A stretch of 64,000 nt of DNA, from contig NC_043009.1 of NCBI RefSeq assembly GCF_006345805.1, forward strand, positions 18,166,001 through 18,230,000, given 5' to 3'. The notes under the pieces were generated by a model. The model made no database searches. It worked only from the letters and a program-made list of their open reading frames with translations, and was not told where the DNA came from. This document shows positions 1 through 13,629 of the stretch, one piece after another. Origin of the DNA: Octopus sinensis. Lineage: Eukaryota. A program made the position numbers and the translations under genes. The first letter of the stretch is position 1. The number at the start of each line of letters is the position of its first letter.

Positions 1-1216
1 CACAAAATAAGGGAGGGGAATCTGCCCTATTTTTCAAATCCAGGCAGCGGGAAGCAGGATAATAATCTAATTCTAAACTTTATCATATTCAAGAATATAA
101 ACAAGTTTTTAAGCACAACACACGCGGAGTCAAAAAGAAACACTACCTTTCACTGCGTGAACGACAGGGAGAGCCCTGGCGTGCATTTTCCTATCTCGGA
201 CATGTGAGCATGCGCACAACAGCCAAACACCGCGTCGCTGGAACTGTGAAGCGCACAGTTCTACACAAGGATTTTGGTATTTTTTCATAAACTAGGGAAA
301 GGCTACTGACATTAAGCTCAAGGATTATATAATGTACAATATAAAGAAAGAATTAAAGAAAAAAGGACTCATCATATTGAATGTTATCGAGTGAAGTAGG
401 GGGTGCTGCAGTTCCACAGTTGCTATACCCGAGCCGCCACTGATACCAGACTTCTCATTTTGTTCATTGTTTATCAGTCATCTTTCGGCAAGGGCAGTTG
501 TGTATGGGAAAACACCGTAGAGATGCGATCAGTTAAAAACTTTCGATTAGTTCATTGTAAATCTCGACTCGTTTTACTAGTCAACGAGCTCCAATCTACA
601 CTAGAGACAGAAAAACTATTCATTTTCCTTGCCACTATTACCAGTCAACACAAGAACTAAGTTACCTGCCTCTTCAACACGAGAAGCTTGCTGCTTCTAC
701 CAACATCGCTACCCAACAGCAACAATAAGCCGACTAGAATGATGATAATCAATCTGGCCCGCCAGCCTAACTTGTCACAAACACACACACACGCAACAAA
801 CAATGCGAAAACATGTTCACAACCACGCAGTTGCTCATGTATTGCCAAACATGTATTTCAAACGATCGACATTAAATGTTAATTGTTCCAAGCATTTCGT
901 AAATAAATTTTTGTATATATAACAATATATAAGTTGTTTACGCATTCATAGATGCAAAACCATTTACTAATCGTTTCCAACTTTTATTAGAATATTATGG
1001 AAATTCGAACTTGACGATTCACTCAAGGAGCCTCGACATGATCGCGCGACCAACTCGCAGAAATCACGTTCGCCGCCTTCGATAAAGGAGGGTTCATTGG
1101 GAGTCTCTCATATTCAAGACAACTGAATGAGGGTAAAATAGCGAACGCTATTTGACCAGACAAAAGATAGAAGGGAGTGACAGATAGGATACGTTCAGCC
1201 ACTAAGAGTAGAAAGG

Positions 1217-1628
<412 letters not shown>

Positions 1629-1773
1629 TTTTTCTAGTCTCGTATTTCAAGCATTAACAACAATATACACTTTATTTAAAACAGTTGCTCCCGCAAAACA
1701 AATTAAATAAAATTTGGGATTTTGCGGAGGGTTAAAATAGGTAGCACAAACAGGACAGTGAAAACAAACAGGA

Positions 1774-1828
<55 letters not shown>

Positions 1829-1862
1829 CGCATACATATATATATGTTATATATATATGAAT

Positions 1863-1947
<85 letters not shown>

Positions 1948-2621
1948 AATATATATATATATATATGTATGTATGTATATATATATTATATATATATATA
2001 TATATGTGTCAAGCCTATCTGGCGACGTTGATGTTCGCCTGGGGCTAAATACAACAGTAACACCCCCACCACCCTGCCCTGTCCCTAGCCATATTCAATG
2101 GCTTTAGTCCCTTGTGTTTATATATTATATATATATCATTATTTGATGAACGCCACGCATCCATTTCCAAGTAAGTTTATCTTAACCTTTCTGATGCGGC
2201 TCTACCCTATACTGTTCTCTCCCCCTATCGTTTTCTCTCTCATCCTTTCTCTAATTCCTTTTTGTCTCCCCTTCACCGTTTTCTATCTGTCTCTCTCTCA
2301 CCCTCTTTCTCCTTTACTCTTTCTCTCTCGTTGCTCACACGTGAACATCGACCATCTTTCTTTTCCTCATTTGATCCTCTTTCTTTTCTTTCAGGGTTGT
2401 CCTAGAGGCTGGAAGTATTCTGTCTATCAGTCTTTTCTACCCTTTCTCTTGTCAAAGAAAATATTTCTCCACCGTTCGCTATTTTACCCATGTCAGAACA
2501 GTAGTGGATGAGTATTTTTCGTCACGGACTAGTGAATTTTAGAAGACGGGCCTTGCAAATCTATCAGATAGATGCCAGGGCATTGTAGAAAATGGAGAGT
2601 ATATTTCAGGTTACAAAGGAA

Positions 2622-3036
2622 CTCTTTACTCTCTTTTCTCTCTTTTACTCTTTTACTTGTTTCAGTCATTTGACTGCGGCCATGCTGAAGCACCGCCTTT
2701 AGTCGAGCAAATCGACCCCAGAACTTATTCTTTGTAAGCCCAGTACTTATTCTTTCGGTCTCTTTTGCCAAACCGCTAAGTGACGGGGACGTAAACACAC
2801 CAGCATCGTTTTCAACAATGCTAGGGGGACAAACACAGACACACAACACACACACACACACATACATATATATACAATTATACGACGGCTTCTTTCAGTT
2901 TCCGTCTACCAATCCACTCACAAGGCATTGGTCGGCCCGGGGCTATAGCAGAAGACACTGCCCAAGATGCCACGCAGTGGGACTGAACCCGGAACCATGT
3001 GGTTGGTTAGCAAGCTACTTACCACACAGCCACTCC
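2622..3036 (-). mobile_element. tRNA-derived SINE, local family B, near full length
   Basis: On minus: head gtggctgtgtggtaagtagcttgct...ggttccgggttcagtccc (A/B-box-like), central CA/TA tract, tail ggcggtgcttcagcatggccgcagtcaaatgactgaaacaagtaaaagag. Many other copies occur in the window. Confidence 0.9.
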
Positions 3037-3477
3037 TACAAAATTATCTTAATTTTGAAAACAAAAGGGAATATAAAAACCGCATTATTTATGGGATGGC
3101 CCAATATAAAGAAAACCAAATAAACTATGTTTTTGACACAACAACTCTTTTCTACTACTAAAATAACCTCGGAAACGAGGTCGAGTCGCACAATTTTGAG
3201 ATTATTTTCGGGCAATATTTCGATTTGCTTCTAATTTTCAATTTCACCCAGTGTTTCACGAATGCGTAGAATTCTACTGAGACAAACATGAAAATGTACA
3301 CATAAATATTGTATTAAAATAACCCACACCCCAAAAAATTTCATTAAAAGAAATCCATTTCTCTATATGTTATGAGGAAATGCAATCACACACACTCTCT
3401 CTCTCATATGCACACGCACACATACATACAAAAAAGATGTATATATATAAATTAAAACTGACTAGAAGATCGGAAAT

Positions 3478-3521
3478 CCACCTGACGAATGTCATTTGAA
3501 GACATGAAACAATTGTAGTGG
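3478..3521 (+). ncRNA. Type I hammerhead ribozyme, structurally intact
   Basis: CCAC-CTGACGA-ATGTC(ATTTGAA)GACAT-GAA-ACAATTGT-A-GTGG. Stem I CCAC/GTGG, canonical core, 5-bp stem II, palindromic stem III, GUA cleavage triplet. Lies in a short element (about 3455-3700) that ends in (TA)n. Confidence 0.85.
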
Positions 3522-3711
3522 CGATTTATTTACTTTATATTAAAAATTTTTATGTATTGATTAAGTCTTTCCTTGTTTGATTTGCAAAATAGTGGTTTTG
3601 TCTCGAATTAATATTATATAATATTTTACTATAAAATTGGATTTATTTCTAAATCTGATTTTTTTCCCTGTAAATTTGGATTTATTCCCTAATATTTATT
3701 ATTATTATTAT

Positions 3712-3759
<48 letters not shown>

Positions 3760-3869
3760 TGTATGTATGTATGTATGAATGTACGTATGTATATATGTAT
3801 GTATACACGTTTTTATAATAGTACATAAATATATATATATATATTTATGTAGTATATATATATACACAC

Positions 3870-4295
3870 ACACACAAATTATGGGGGTTTAGTTCACAGG
3901 TGACCTAAATTATTAGGTATGCTAGGTAAGTGCTGTAACGGATTACAGCCCTTGATTTGTTTGCGTCTTTTCTCTGGATGTTTACAATATCAGTGTTTTA
4001 ACTCTCATGGATCTATGCAGGATTACACCTAAGGACTTATGCTCTTTTTTCTACAACATCGGAAACTTGAACTATGAACTTTTCTCCTTTCTCTCCATCT
4101 CCTTATTCGTTTGCTCCCTTCCTCTATGTCGTCATCTCATTAATATATACCATTCTCTTTTTTCCCATTTTTCCGTATTTGTCTCTGATGACGGAATATC
4201 CCATACTCGGGGAACAGCTGTAAGACTGAATTTTTTCCAATTATAATATTGTATACGACTTGAGATGTTGCCTTGTTTTAACCCTCTTTAAGAAT
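3870..4295 (+). mobile_element. Penelope-type terminal segment with a deleted hammerhead (4181-4226)
   Basis: GTCT-CTGATGA-C-GGAATATCCCATACTCGGG-GA-ACAGCTGT-A-AGAC. Stem I and the palindromic stem III are intact; the 3' arm of stem II and one A of GAAA are lost. Flanked on both sides by (TA)n. Same family as 62972-63037. Confidence 0.65.
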
Positions 4296-4339
4296 TATAT
4301 ATATATTATACATAGATACATAGATACATACATACATAC

Positions 4340-4388
<49 letters not shown>

Positions 4389-4422
4389 CATATATACATA
4401 TATATATGTATATATATGTATG

Positions 4423-4456
<34 letters not shown>

Positions 4457-4556
4457 TACATATATATATATATAAATACATACATATATACATATATATA
4501 CATATATATATAATATGTATATATACATATATACATACATATATATATATATATAT

Positions 4557-4588
<32 letters not shown>

Positions 4589-5970
4589 TAATATATATAT
4601 ATATAACATATGTGTGTATGTATACACATGCACACGTCTCAATATAACACTCACACATATAGAGAGAAAGGGAGAGAGAGAGACTGCCAGACATATCTTC
4701 ACTTACATCAAGAAATTAAGGCCAGCAATCGTCTCCCTGCTTATGTAAGTCTAGATGATACAAAGAAATATAGTTTTCCCTTATCAAGAGATAGTTACAA
4801 ACGAGAAACATGCAATCCTATATTGTTTTACATCACATAAAGAAATATCTATTTACACAGAAGAAAGTAAAGAAAAAGTAAAAAGTATAAAACGACTACA
4901 AACAAAATCATATAAAAGTACTGAATTTATATTTGCTTTTCTTGCTAAATGTCTTTAACTCCCTTTTCCTTATTTTAATTGTAAATTTCTTGTAAATTTC
5001 AGCCAACCAGTTATTCTCTTCTCGGCGTATCAGTTGCATTCTTGTACGAAAAAAGGGGGCGGAAATCGTCTGTCTGTAACCGTATATCTATATCAAATTC
5101 CGTTTTACTTGCCAATCACAAAAATTAACGTGCAGTTTTTACGAGTATTCACTGTAATACTAGCATTGCTCCAGTGATCCATGCAAATCTCGAGTCAGGC
5201 AAAAATTGAAGCAAACAGGGTAACATTTATTTATGGTTTCTTACCTCTCACACTAAGTATCTTCACTTATTGACATTTCTTAATCTTATTGAGTTTTACG
5301 CAAAGATTTATTAGAAATTATAAAAGTAACTCTATCTGGATAGGCCGGGAGCATTTCTGATGCGGAGTCTCTCAAGCAGCCTTTATGACAGCCAACGAAA
5401 TGAGCCCAACAAAATTAGTCGATTGACTGTACCTTTTCCCTTAACGTTACACTAGGGTCGCCTAGCATAATATATGTGACGCTGATTTCTAATATACAAA
5501 CAGATTTACTTTACCAGCAAATCAGGATTTCCACTCGCATCTTACATGTTGATGTCGTAGAGGTTAAAGTTATTCTTTGTTATATTTTGAAACATATATA
5601 GTATCAGTTTTACCTCACCTGCTCTAATTAAAAAATGATTTGATTTTTAGATGCAATAGTAACAACAATATTATTAGCATTAAGAAATAACATGCTACTT
5701 AAGCAACCATATACTACTAAACTAGACTCTCTCTACATAAAGTCATTTAGCGTACCGCATTAAATATCTGGAAAAATAATGACCGAATCGTTACAGTCTG
5801 AACACCTATGATAATAGATTTTTTTCTATCAGAGCTATTCAAAACTAAATTTTTGGTTTGCAGAAAAGGCTGTACCTGTGGCTTTTGCACGACCTCTGTA
5901 ACTGATGATATTTTTTCCTACGGTTTCAGCTCATAGCTGCGGCCATGCTGATGCCCCTCCGTTAGAATAG

Positions 5971-6073
5971 AAAATTTGGAACGCTTCACGAATTTGCGTG
6001 TCATCCCTGCGCAGGGGCCATGCTAATCTCTGTATCGTTCCAATTTTAGAATATGTACCGCCGTAGATAGTGC
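5971..6073 (-). pseudogene. RNU6: U6 snRNA-like copy, full length and diverged
   Basis: Minus strand reads gcactatctacggcggtacatattctaaaattggaacgatacagagattagcatggcccctgcgcagggatgacacgcaaattcgtgaagcgttccaaatttt. This matches the universal U6 sequence except for a 3-nt deletion after the ACAGAGA box and substitutions in the 5' stem. No TATA box about 30 nt upstream. Confidence 0.9.
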
Positions 6074-6129
6074 AAAATTATGTTCCACTTGAGCTTTTGC
6101 AAGCCGGCGGTGCCAAAATAATAGACCGA

Positions 6130-6800
6130 GAAGGGTTCTAGAGGGGCCGATGTACAGGTAAAGTAGTTACTACAGGAACTGAAAGAGTGGACGAAATATG
6201 TGTGATGGGAGAAAGAAAAACAAGTGAGCGAGGAGGGGCTTTGGAGTTGGTTAGTAATTGTTGGCAGCTGAAATATTTACTGCCTTTGAAGAGAAAAACT
6301 AGTTTATGTGATGAAGATTGGTCATGTTGAGGATTCATCAGGACAGATGCTCAGTGATGGTGAGGCCAAGGTAATGGCTTCGAGGCTACTCATGGTTAAG
6401 CAGAAGTACGATAATGTCCTCTTGATACGTGCAGCAATTATGTATTTGAACTATTGAAAGAAACAAGAATATCACGAACCCATTGGTGGATGTTTAGGGG
6501 AGTCTGTTCATGGAGTCGGTGAAGACTTGTATGTAGATGACAGTTAGGTGTGGAAGGTTTAGAGGGGAATGAAAAGTAATATTAACTGTTGAAGATGACA
6601 GCTGATGGTTGCATAAGAAGCAGAGAATGGACACAAAATAAAATTTTGGAATATACCACAGTTGATATAATGGGGATCAGAAAGATCTCTATTAGGAAGC
6701 TAACGTCGTAAGAGACAAAAGACAGACATTAGGCAGGAAGATTCCCCTTGAGGTTTGCGTGTCAAGTACGTTCAAAGCTCAGCTGATCTCGTAAACGACA
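6130..6800 (-). mobile_element. Possible decayed N-terminal fragment of a Penelope-like element
   Basis: Pyrimidine-rich minus strand. PVVTTLPVHRPL weakly resembles the VVTIPPDLLLS motif of the Penelope at 45660-47725. Many stop codons. Confidence 0.25.
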
Positions 6801-7711
6801 CTGTTGACACTAAACTAATCGAGGTCGAAAAACCACGGGTGATTGACATAGGATAGTAGATCAGGTTAAATGAAAACCGTTGCCAGAACTACCATAAATG
6901 ACACTTTTCTAGATACGACTACCGCCGAACCGAGAAACGATTTCAGCCGTGGCGTGGCGTAAACATTTCTCTACATCCTGAGTTTAGATCTCTACATCCT
7001 GAGTTCAGATCTCTACAAAAGTTAATTTTGATTATCATAGCTCTAGGTTCTATCAAATAAGTACTACTGCAGTGTGGGCGTCAAATGATGATTTGTAAGT
7101 TACATAGACGAGACCAAACAGTATAGCATAGAAAAAATGCTTGGCAGAATGTAATATGTCCTTTGTGATGCGTTAGAATCGCGCCGAAGTCAATGAAATG
7201 AATGACAGCCAAATAATGAGGTCAGAATGTATCGTAGTTCAATCTTGCGTCAACGTATGAAAACGTTGTTGTTATCGTTATTGCTGAGGGTAGACAAAAT
7301 GGTTGGTAGACATGATGGTTGAAAGAAAATATGGCTGATAGAGAATGAAGTCTATAGAGTAAATAGCAGATAGATAAGATGACAGATGCACAAGATGGCT
7401 GTTAGACTTTATGTAATCATACATTACTATATACTAAATATATCACTCAAATCTATTGAGTCATACCCTACATGTATAAAAACGGAAGGACATATTAGAG
7501 AACGTAGTTGGTGGGGAATTCTCCATGTTTCGATGGTTTATTTTATCAACTATTTTCCTAATCATGCGATCGGTTAACGTGTAAGGGGCTGAGTATTTCA
7601 CAGAAAGCTGTATTCTTGGTGTACTCAGACCGAATCAGCGTTGACACAATGTATTAAGAGTGGAGTACACGAGAGAGAGAGGGGCAGAGAGAGAGAGAGA
7701 GAGTGAGAGAT

Positions 7712-7747
<36 letters not shown>

Positions 7748-9567
7748 TGAGCGAGAGAGGGAGAGAGAGAGGGAGAGAGAGAGAGAGAGAGTGAGAGAGC
7801 AGGACTGTTCTCAGCACTGAACTGGTTCTTTATTTATTGACCCCGAAAGTTGACCTCGGCTCGATTTGAATTCAGAGCGCAGAGAACCAGAACATAGACT
7901 TTGCTGCTTTACATTGTAGTTTCTTTTCCCTTTAAAAGAAGGGAAAAGAAAACAGTACGAGGGTTCACGGCTGGAACGTCTTGCGTGGTAGATTCGTTAC
8001 AGCAAAAGATTTAACCGACCAATAGATTTACAAAAACACACATATAGTTTCCATTGATAAAACATCAAAGATATAAGAAGTCATGATGACCTTTAAGTCA
8101 TGGAAACTAGAGAGACCCAGTTCACTTCTGCATTAGTAAGCTCTCATCCAGAGATTAACAGAACTTGAGAATGCATCATATAATGTCGCAGTAGCGTTTT
8201 GTACGTGTGTGTGAGAAAGTGTGTATAACTGGTTGCTATTAAGTCTAATCAAGAAACCCTATGATCAAAACCATTCCAGCATGTATTATAGGTCTGCATT
8301 ATCTAATGTGTTCTTCCTTGTTCAAGATGGAATAATGTGATATGAGTTAATTCGGCTACAATTTATACATGTCGAGCGCGTGTGTGTACTATATGCATAT
8401 TCACGTGTATGCCACATATATATAACAGCATGCAGTGTGTGTGAATGATCAGTATTTAAACAGTTCGCCCTACTCTTTATACACACAGTAGAGTATCGCG
8501 TAGATTATCTATTCATTAGCTATGTTAATCTTCGCACTTCTCACCTCGTTCCCTAACAGCTCCTCCTTACAACAGCCATACTATGGTCATTTAAAATATC
8601 TCAATTAAGAGACGGTGGACTCTTCACGGTTGTGACAACGATCTGATAAAACACACGATAATAACGATATAGGAAACATAGACTAATGGATATATACACA
8701 CATACATATACACACCATGCACACACAAAAGCGCACAACGAATACAGAACACACACACACACACACACACATCCACCGACATTATGGACTACGTCACAAA
8801 CAGAGAAACAGACACAAACAATTCACACTCACGTGCACACGCACACACACAACTCACCTCTCCTCGCGTACACGCTAAACAATCGTCTCTACTTCATTTT
8901 ACAGAAATTAAACAACTTGGCATCGTGAATGAAAATAGCCGGGGGAGGTCTGCAACATGAGAAACAAATAGTGGAGTCAGAGTTTACGTACATAATGTAC
9001 TGAGTCAAGCAAATATAATCATAATGAAATAAAACTACCAGTCATAGGTTTGAGGAAATAAAATGATTATTGTGGTTAAGACAAGGGAGACAACCGAAAT
9101 ATAATTAGCTAAGGTAGTTTGAAAATACTAGGCGAAGGTGATCATTAACGGCGACCTGCTAACAGGTTTCGGTTTTATTAGATCTTCTCAGCGAAGCATG
9201 GTCTTACCAGTATTACCAGATTTAAAAAGGCAACAACAACTATAACAACAATAGCTACCGTTTTATTAAAGACCTTGTGGTGTTGGTAACTTTTACAGTG
9301 TCAGTAATGTCTGAAATGGATGAACTCTGGTTGACAATTCCTGTATCCACCAAAACTCACACGCAATATTCAAACGCGAGCAGACACTTATATGAATAAC
9401 ACGGCATTTGGTGAACCAAGGAGGTAGTCGATCAACTTGACAGCACAATTCTCGCTCAAATCTCTGTTTCTTTCTTTCTTTCTTTCTTTCTTTCTCACAC
9501 AGTGATAAGAGAAGCTTGAAATTGTAGAGCTACCCTACATAAGCTAAAACAATACTGAAAGCACACG

Positions 9568-9745
9568 CATACATACATACATACATACATACATACATAC
9601 ATACATACATACATACATACATACATACATACATACATACATACATACATACATACATACATACATACATACATACATACATACATACATACATACAAAC
9701 ATACATACATACATACATGCATGCATACATACATACATACAAACA
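9568..9745 (+). repeat. (CATA)n microsatellite
   Basis: Long, nearly pure acat tandem array. It explains the YVCM ORFs in the track. Confidence 0.97.
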
Positions 9746-10625
9746 TATGTGTATGTTGCCCGAAAGCTTGAAGGAGACAATAGAATTGACACGAAGCGCA
9801 GCCTCTCTTCGACTCAAGACCACTACATTACATCACACTTTGAAGGCTATTCATTTGCAATCCAGGAACAGGAGATTGCCACAAAGTACCTGGTGAACAA
9901 GAGAGACAGTGATGCTCTTATAATCCCAAGGTACAACTGTATGTGTAGGCTATGTCATGTTCCTGTGGAAGACATTACGCATGTGATTAGCAGCTGTCCT
10001 AAAATGTCGTCACGGTACTACCTCCCTATGCGGCACGATGTTGTTGCTAAAACAATTTACAATGCCATACGCAAAAAAACTGTCCTGAAATAAACTTAGA
10101 AAATCCTTCTGTTATGGAATACATTCATAAACACCAACTCAAGGAATACTGGTGGAATATTCCCATCAAATGTAAACATAACAGGCCGGATATTGTTGTT
10201 TGAGACAGAGGGCCAAAGGTATGTATCATCATAGAAGTCAGCTGCCCTGCAGATATATATATATCTCTTGGAAAATCTAAGAAAAAGAAGATATCTATGA
10301 ACAACTGCTTCAAAACCTCCAGCTTCTATATTCAGACTATAAATTCATGTTCAGACCAATGATAATTGGAGCTCTAGGTTTTCTGAGTAAATGCTCAAAG
10401 GAGAATCTGGATAAACTAGGATTTTCAGAAAGAGAAATTAACCGGCTCATTCGTACATCACAAGTTCAATCTGTGAGTGGAACAGTAAAAATATGCAAGA
10501 CTTTTCTCAAGTCCCAAATGTGAATTTGTCTGTGTTAACTACATCCCAAAGATGGAGCTTTGTATCTTTGTTGGAAACCGGCACTCTCCCCAGTGGAAGA
10601 TTTATAATAATTAAAAAAATAGAAG
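9746..10625 (+). mobile_element. 5'-truncated non-LTR retrotransposon with restriction-like endonuclease (R4/NeSL-type)
   Basis: Encodes QEQEIATKY, the CRLC...EDITHVISSCPKM...RHD CCHC knuckle, YWWNIP...KHNRPDIVV...IIEVSCPAD (PD-D/E-type RLE) and ends ICKTFLK. Has frameshifts and stops. Its 3' UTR ends in TA/CATA repeats. Confidence 0.9.
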
Positions 10626-10671
10626 ATATATATATATATATATATACATACATACATACATACATACATAC

Positions 10672-10783
10672 AAAAACACCCTGTTGTTGATGTTGAAATT
10701 CCAATGAAGGAGCCTTGAATCTAGGTTAGAAACCGGCTCTTTTTCTATCGGCAAGAAATCTTGAAATAAAACTCAACAATGAC
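10672..10783 (+). mobile_element. Short non-coding element sharing the 3' tail of the adjacent RLE LINE
   Basis: 10701-10737 matches LINE 3' UTR 10546-10582 at 30 of 37 positions. Bounded by CATA/CA repeats. Confidence 0.55.
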
Positions 10784-11010
10784 ACACATACATACGCAGA
10801 AACGCGCACGCGCACGCACCTCAAGATCTAAAATATTTATCGTTTATTGACAAAGGTTTTAAAACTAACAAAATTGTTTTAAACACACGTGTGCATTTGT
10901 GTGTATATATAGAACAATTTTGTTCAATCTAAAAACGTTTTGATTATGAAATATAAATTTAAAATTTAGTAGTTTTTATTCTTTGCATGGTTGGACTATT
11001 ATAAGTTAAA

Positions 11011-11360
11011 ATTATTTACATTATTTACATTTGACAGATATTTGTCTTCATCTTGTTTGTTGTTAACACAACCTTCATCAGGTGTCTTGGAGAAATTTCG
11101 AACCTGGGTTCTCATTCCTAAGGTATTTTTCGATTTTGTTGTTGTTGTTGTTGTTGTTGTTCTTCTTCTTCTTCTTCTTCTTATTATTATTATTATTTAG
11201 GTCACTGCCTGGAATCGAACTCGGAATCTTGGGGCTAATAGCCCGCTCTCTGAACCACTACGCCATGTGCCTGTGGAGGGTATATCAGCCGAAATGTTGT
11301 GTTAACAACAAACAAGATGAGGACAAATATCCGTCAAATGTAAATAATGTAAATAATGTA
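11011..11360 (-). mobile_element. tRNA-headed element with a hammerhead-type tail, plus an inverted tail copy
   Basis: On minus: head ggcgtagtggttcagagagcgggc...gagttcgattccaggcagtgacct (A and B boxes, 11199-11271), then an (AAT/AAG/AAC)n linker, then tail ...ccaagacacctgatgaagg|ttgtgttaacaac. An inverted plus-strand tail fragment lies at 11273-11360. Confidence 0.8.
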
Positions 11361-13629
11361 CGTCGGGATTTTATTATCTCAGAAAACTGACGATGACGAT
11401 CCAGTCCAGCCTCCATCAATGCTTTGAAGTATGACATTGAAGCCATTGTGTCGTGTGTGATGTATTGCTATGTATTATATGTAAGTAAAGATAGCGATTA
11501 AATTTATGTTCTTAAAGTTAACATATAGGAAGATATAAATATAAAGATTAACATATAAGAATAAATAAATAATTACTTCAGAATAAATAAAATAACTAAA
11601 TACGAAAGACATATCAAATTAAGATGTAGAAATTTGGGGAAATTTAGAAAAAAATTAGCAGAAAGAGGCAAAAATTAAGTGAGAACATAGAGACGGACGA
11701 AATGCTGTTAAGCCTTTTCCCCGGCGCAGTAATGATTCTGGCAGCTTTAAGTAAAAGTATATGTGCACTGCAATATGGCTGACTGAGTGAACAGGCTGAT
11801 GATGAACAGTGCAAGAGGGGAGAGTGAGGATGAAGTGTGTTGGGCGTGTAGTAGAAGTGACATTAGTACGAAATATGTGATCAGTATTTTTATGCTTGTA
11901 TATTACTAGTAGTGTTAATACAAGATATATGACCAGTACTCTTATGTGTGTCATCAAGTTGAATAACTGATCAGTGTTGGGCTATTTTCTGGTCTCGAAA
12001 AGGTCTTTGAAATGTATTTTTGGCAATGTTGTTGTCATTTAACCTCAGGTCCACCCTGATCCTGTAGACCTATGATCATAGGTATTCCAGCTGTGATCAT
12101 CTACTTTTTTTTTTAGATTTATATATTGTACCTTACTATATAATGTCTTACTTTCTTTTTTTGTCAAGATAGATTTTGATTTGAAAAATTTGTCACTGTT
12201 TCTAGCAAGTTAAGCAACTTCTTAGAGGTCTCTTTCTTTGGCCTGTATTATGTACGGCAAGTTGGTCATGTCATGTCTTGACATTTTCAGGCTTTGGAAG
12301 AAATTACTTTACGGAGAATTTAACTTTCCCAAAGCGTCCTCAGTAATTCCAAGGCATCGTTAAACCGAAAGAAAAAGATACTAATTCGTGAACATCAGTA
12401 TTTCTTAGTGGGAACATGTCACACGGAACGGACGTAAACGGTGGTCTTGCAGTTTGTAAGAAAATTCGAATTGCCAGTCAAACTGTAAAGGGCATTTTGA
12501 CTACCGCTGTTCTGCGGCCCGGTTTTGCAATCCTCTCTACACATTAGAAAATGCAATTTTTCTGTATCCTATGCATAGGAATGAAAGTTCTGAGACGGCA
12601 TCGGCCACTGAGAAAGTAAAATCATGTCTTAATAACGTGTTGGGAAGTCTGTCGAAGTCATTTGGAGTACGGTTCTTAGTGTTTTATACACAAGGTAACT
12701 TGAGAACTTTTTCTCTGAGACACAATTCCACAACGAATTCCTTTCAGTTTCTAGTGTGCAGATGCTTGTAGGAAATAAATATACACATCTCCACATTAGC
12801 CTTCGTGCTACATAAGCATATACACACGTATGTATGTGTGTGTGTGCACGCGCGCGTATATCAGCAGAATACCTGACGTTGACCGGCTGAATAGCAATGG
12901 CCTACAGTTGGTCTTAATGATGATATATTCGGTTTAGTAGAAAGCATTACTCTTGAAAAGTTAACTTTCGCGAAAGAACTTAAAATAATTTTCCAATACG
13001 TATATAGTAGTCTGGCTTCTGATGCACTTAGCCATTGCCAATAGTCACTAAGTATCAGTAATGTATTTCGTAATTTAAGTTTATAAATAACATATTAAAT
13101 TTAAGTACTTTAAATAAGAACAGAGAATTGAGTAAAAGTGGAACAACTTTGTTACATTTAAACTCTTACTGAATATATTTAATCTTTTGATTCTGAAATT
13201 ATTTGATTCTTAAAACAATTCGAAACATAAGTAGAAACCGGAGTGTCAGGAAGTAAACACACATGAAAATGGAATAATTCGTAGAATGTACGAAACGCAG
13301 AGTGCCCAGAAGAGACCCACACACTCATGTATTGAAACTGCTAGACATGCAATGATAAAGAAATGATATTAAGAGCCGCAATAAACCACAAGTTATATAC
13401 GATTAAATCTGTACCCATCACTTCTTAAGTGTTTTGGCATTCAAAACATAATCATGTTAGCATCCTGGAAGACTCAATGTGTTTGATTTTATCAACAGGG
13501 TTGAAAATGAAGCGGTTTGGGGGCTTCCAGTACTAAGACATTCTACATAAAACCAACCATTAACAGTTCAGTATTCTTCAAGACGTCTTTTCTAATGTTA
13601 CAAAGACCACCTGAAAATCAACCTTCAAA

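Noticed and set aside
5971-6073. Functional U6 gene
   Set aside because: 3-nt deletion beside the ACAGAGA box, disrupted 5' stem and no upstream TATA; treated as a pseudogene or chimera.
11199-11271. Genuine tRNA genes (also at 28.75, 43.84 and 54.38 kb)
   Set aside because: The cloverleaves are imperfect and continue into repeat bodies, so these are SINE heads.
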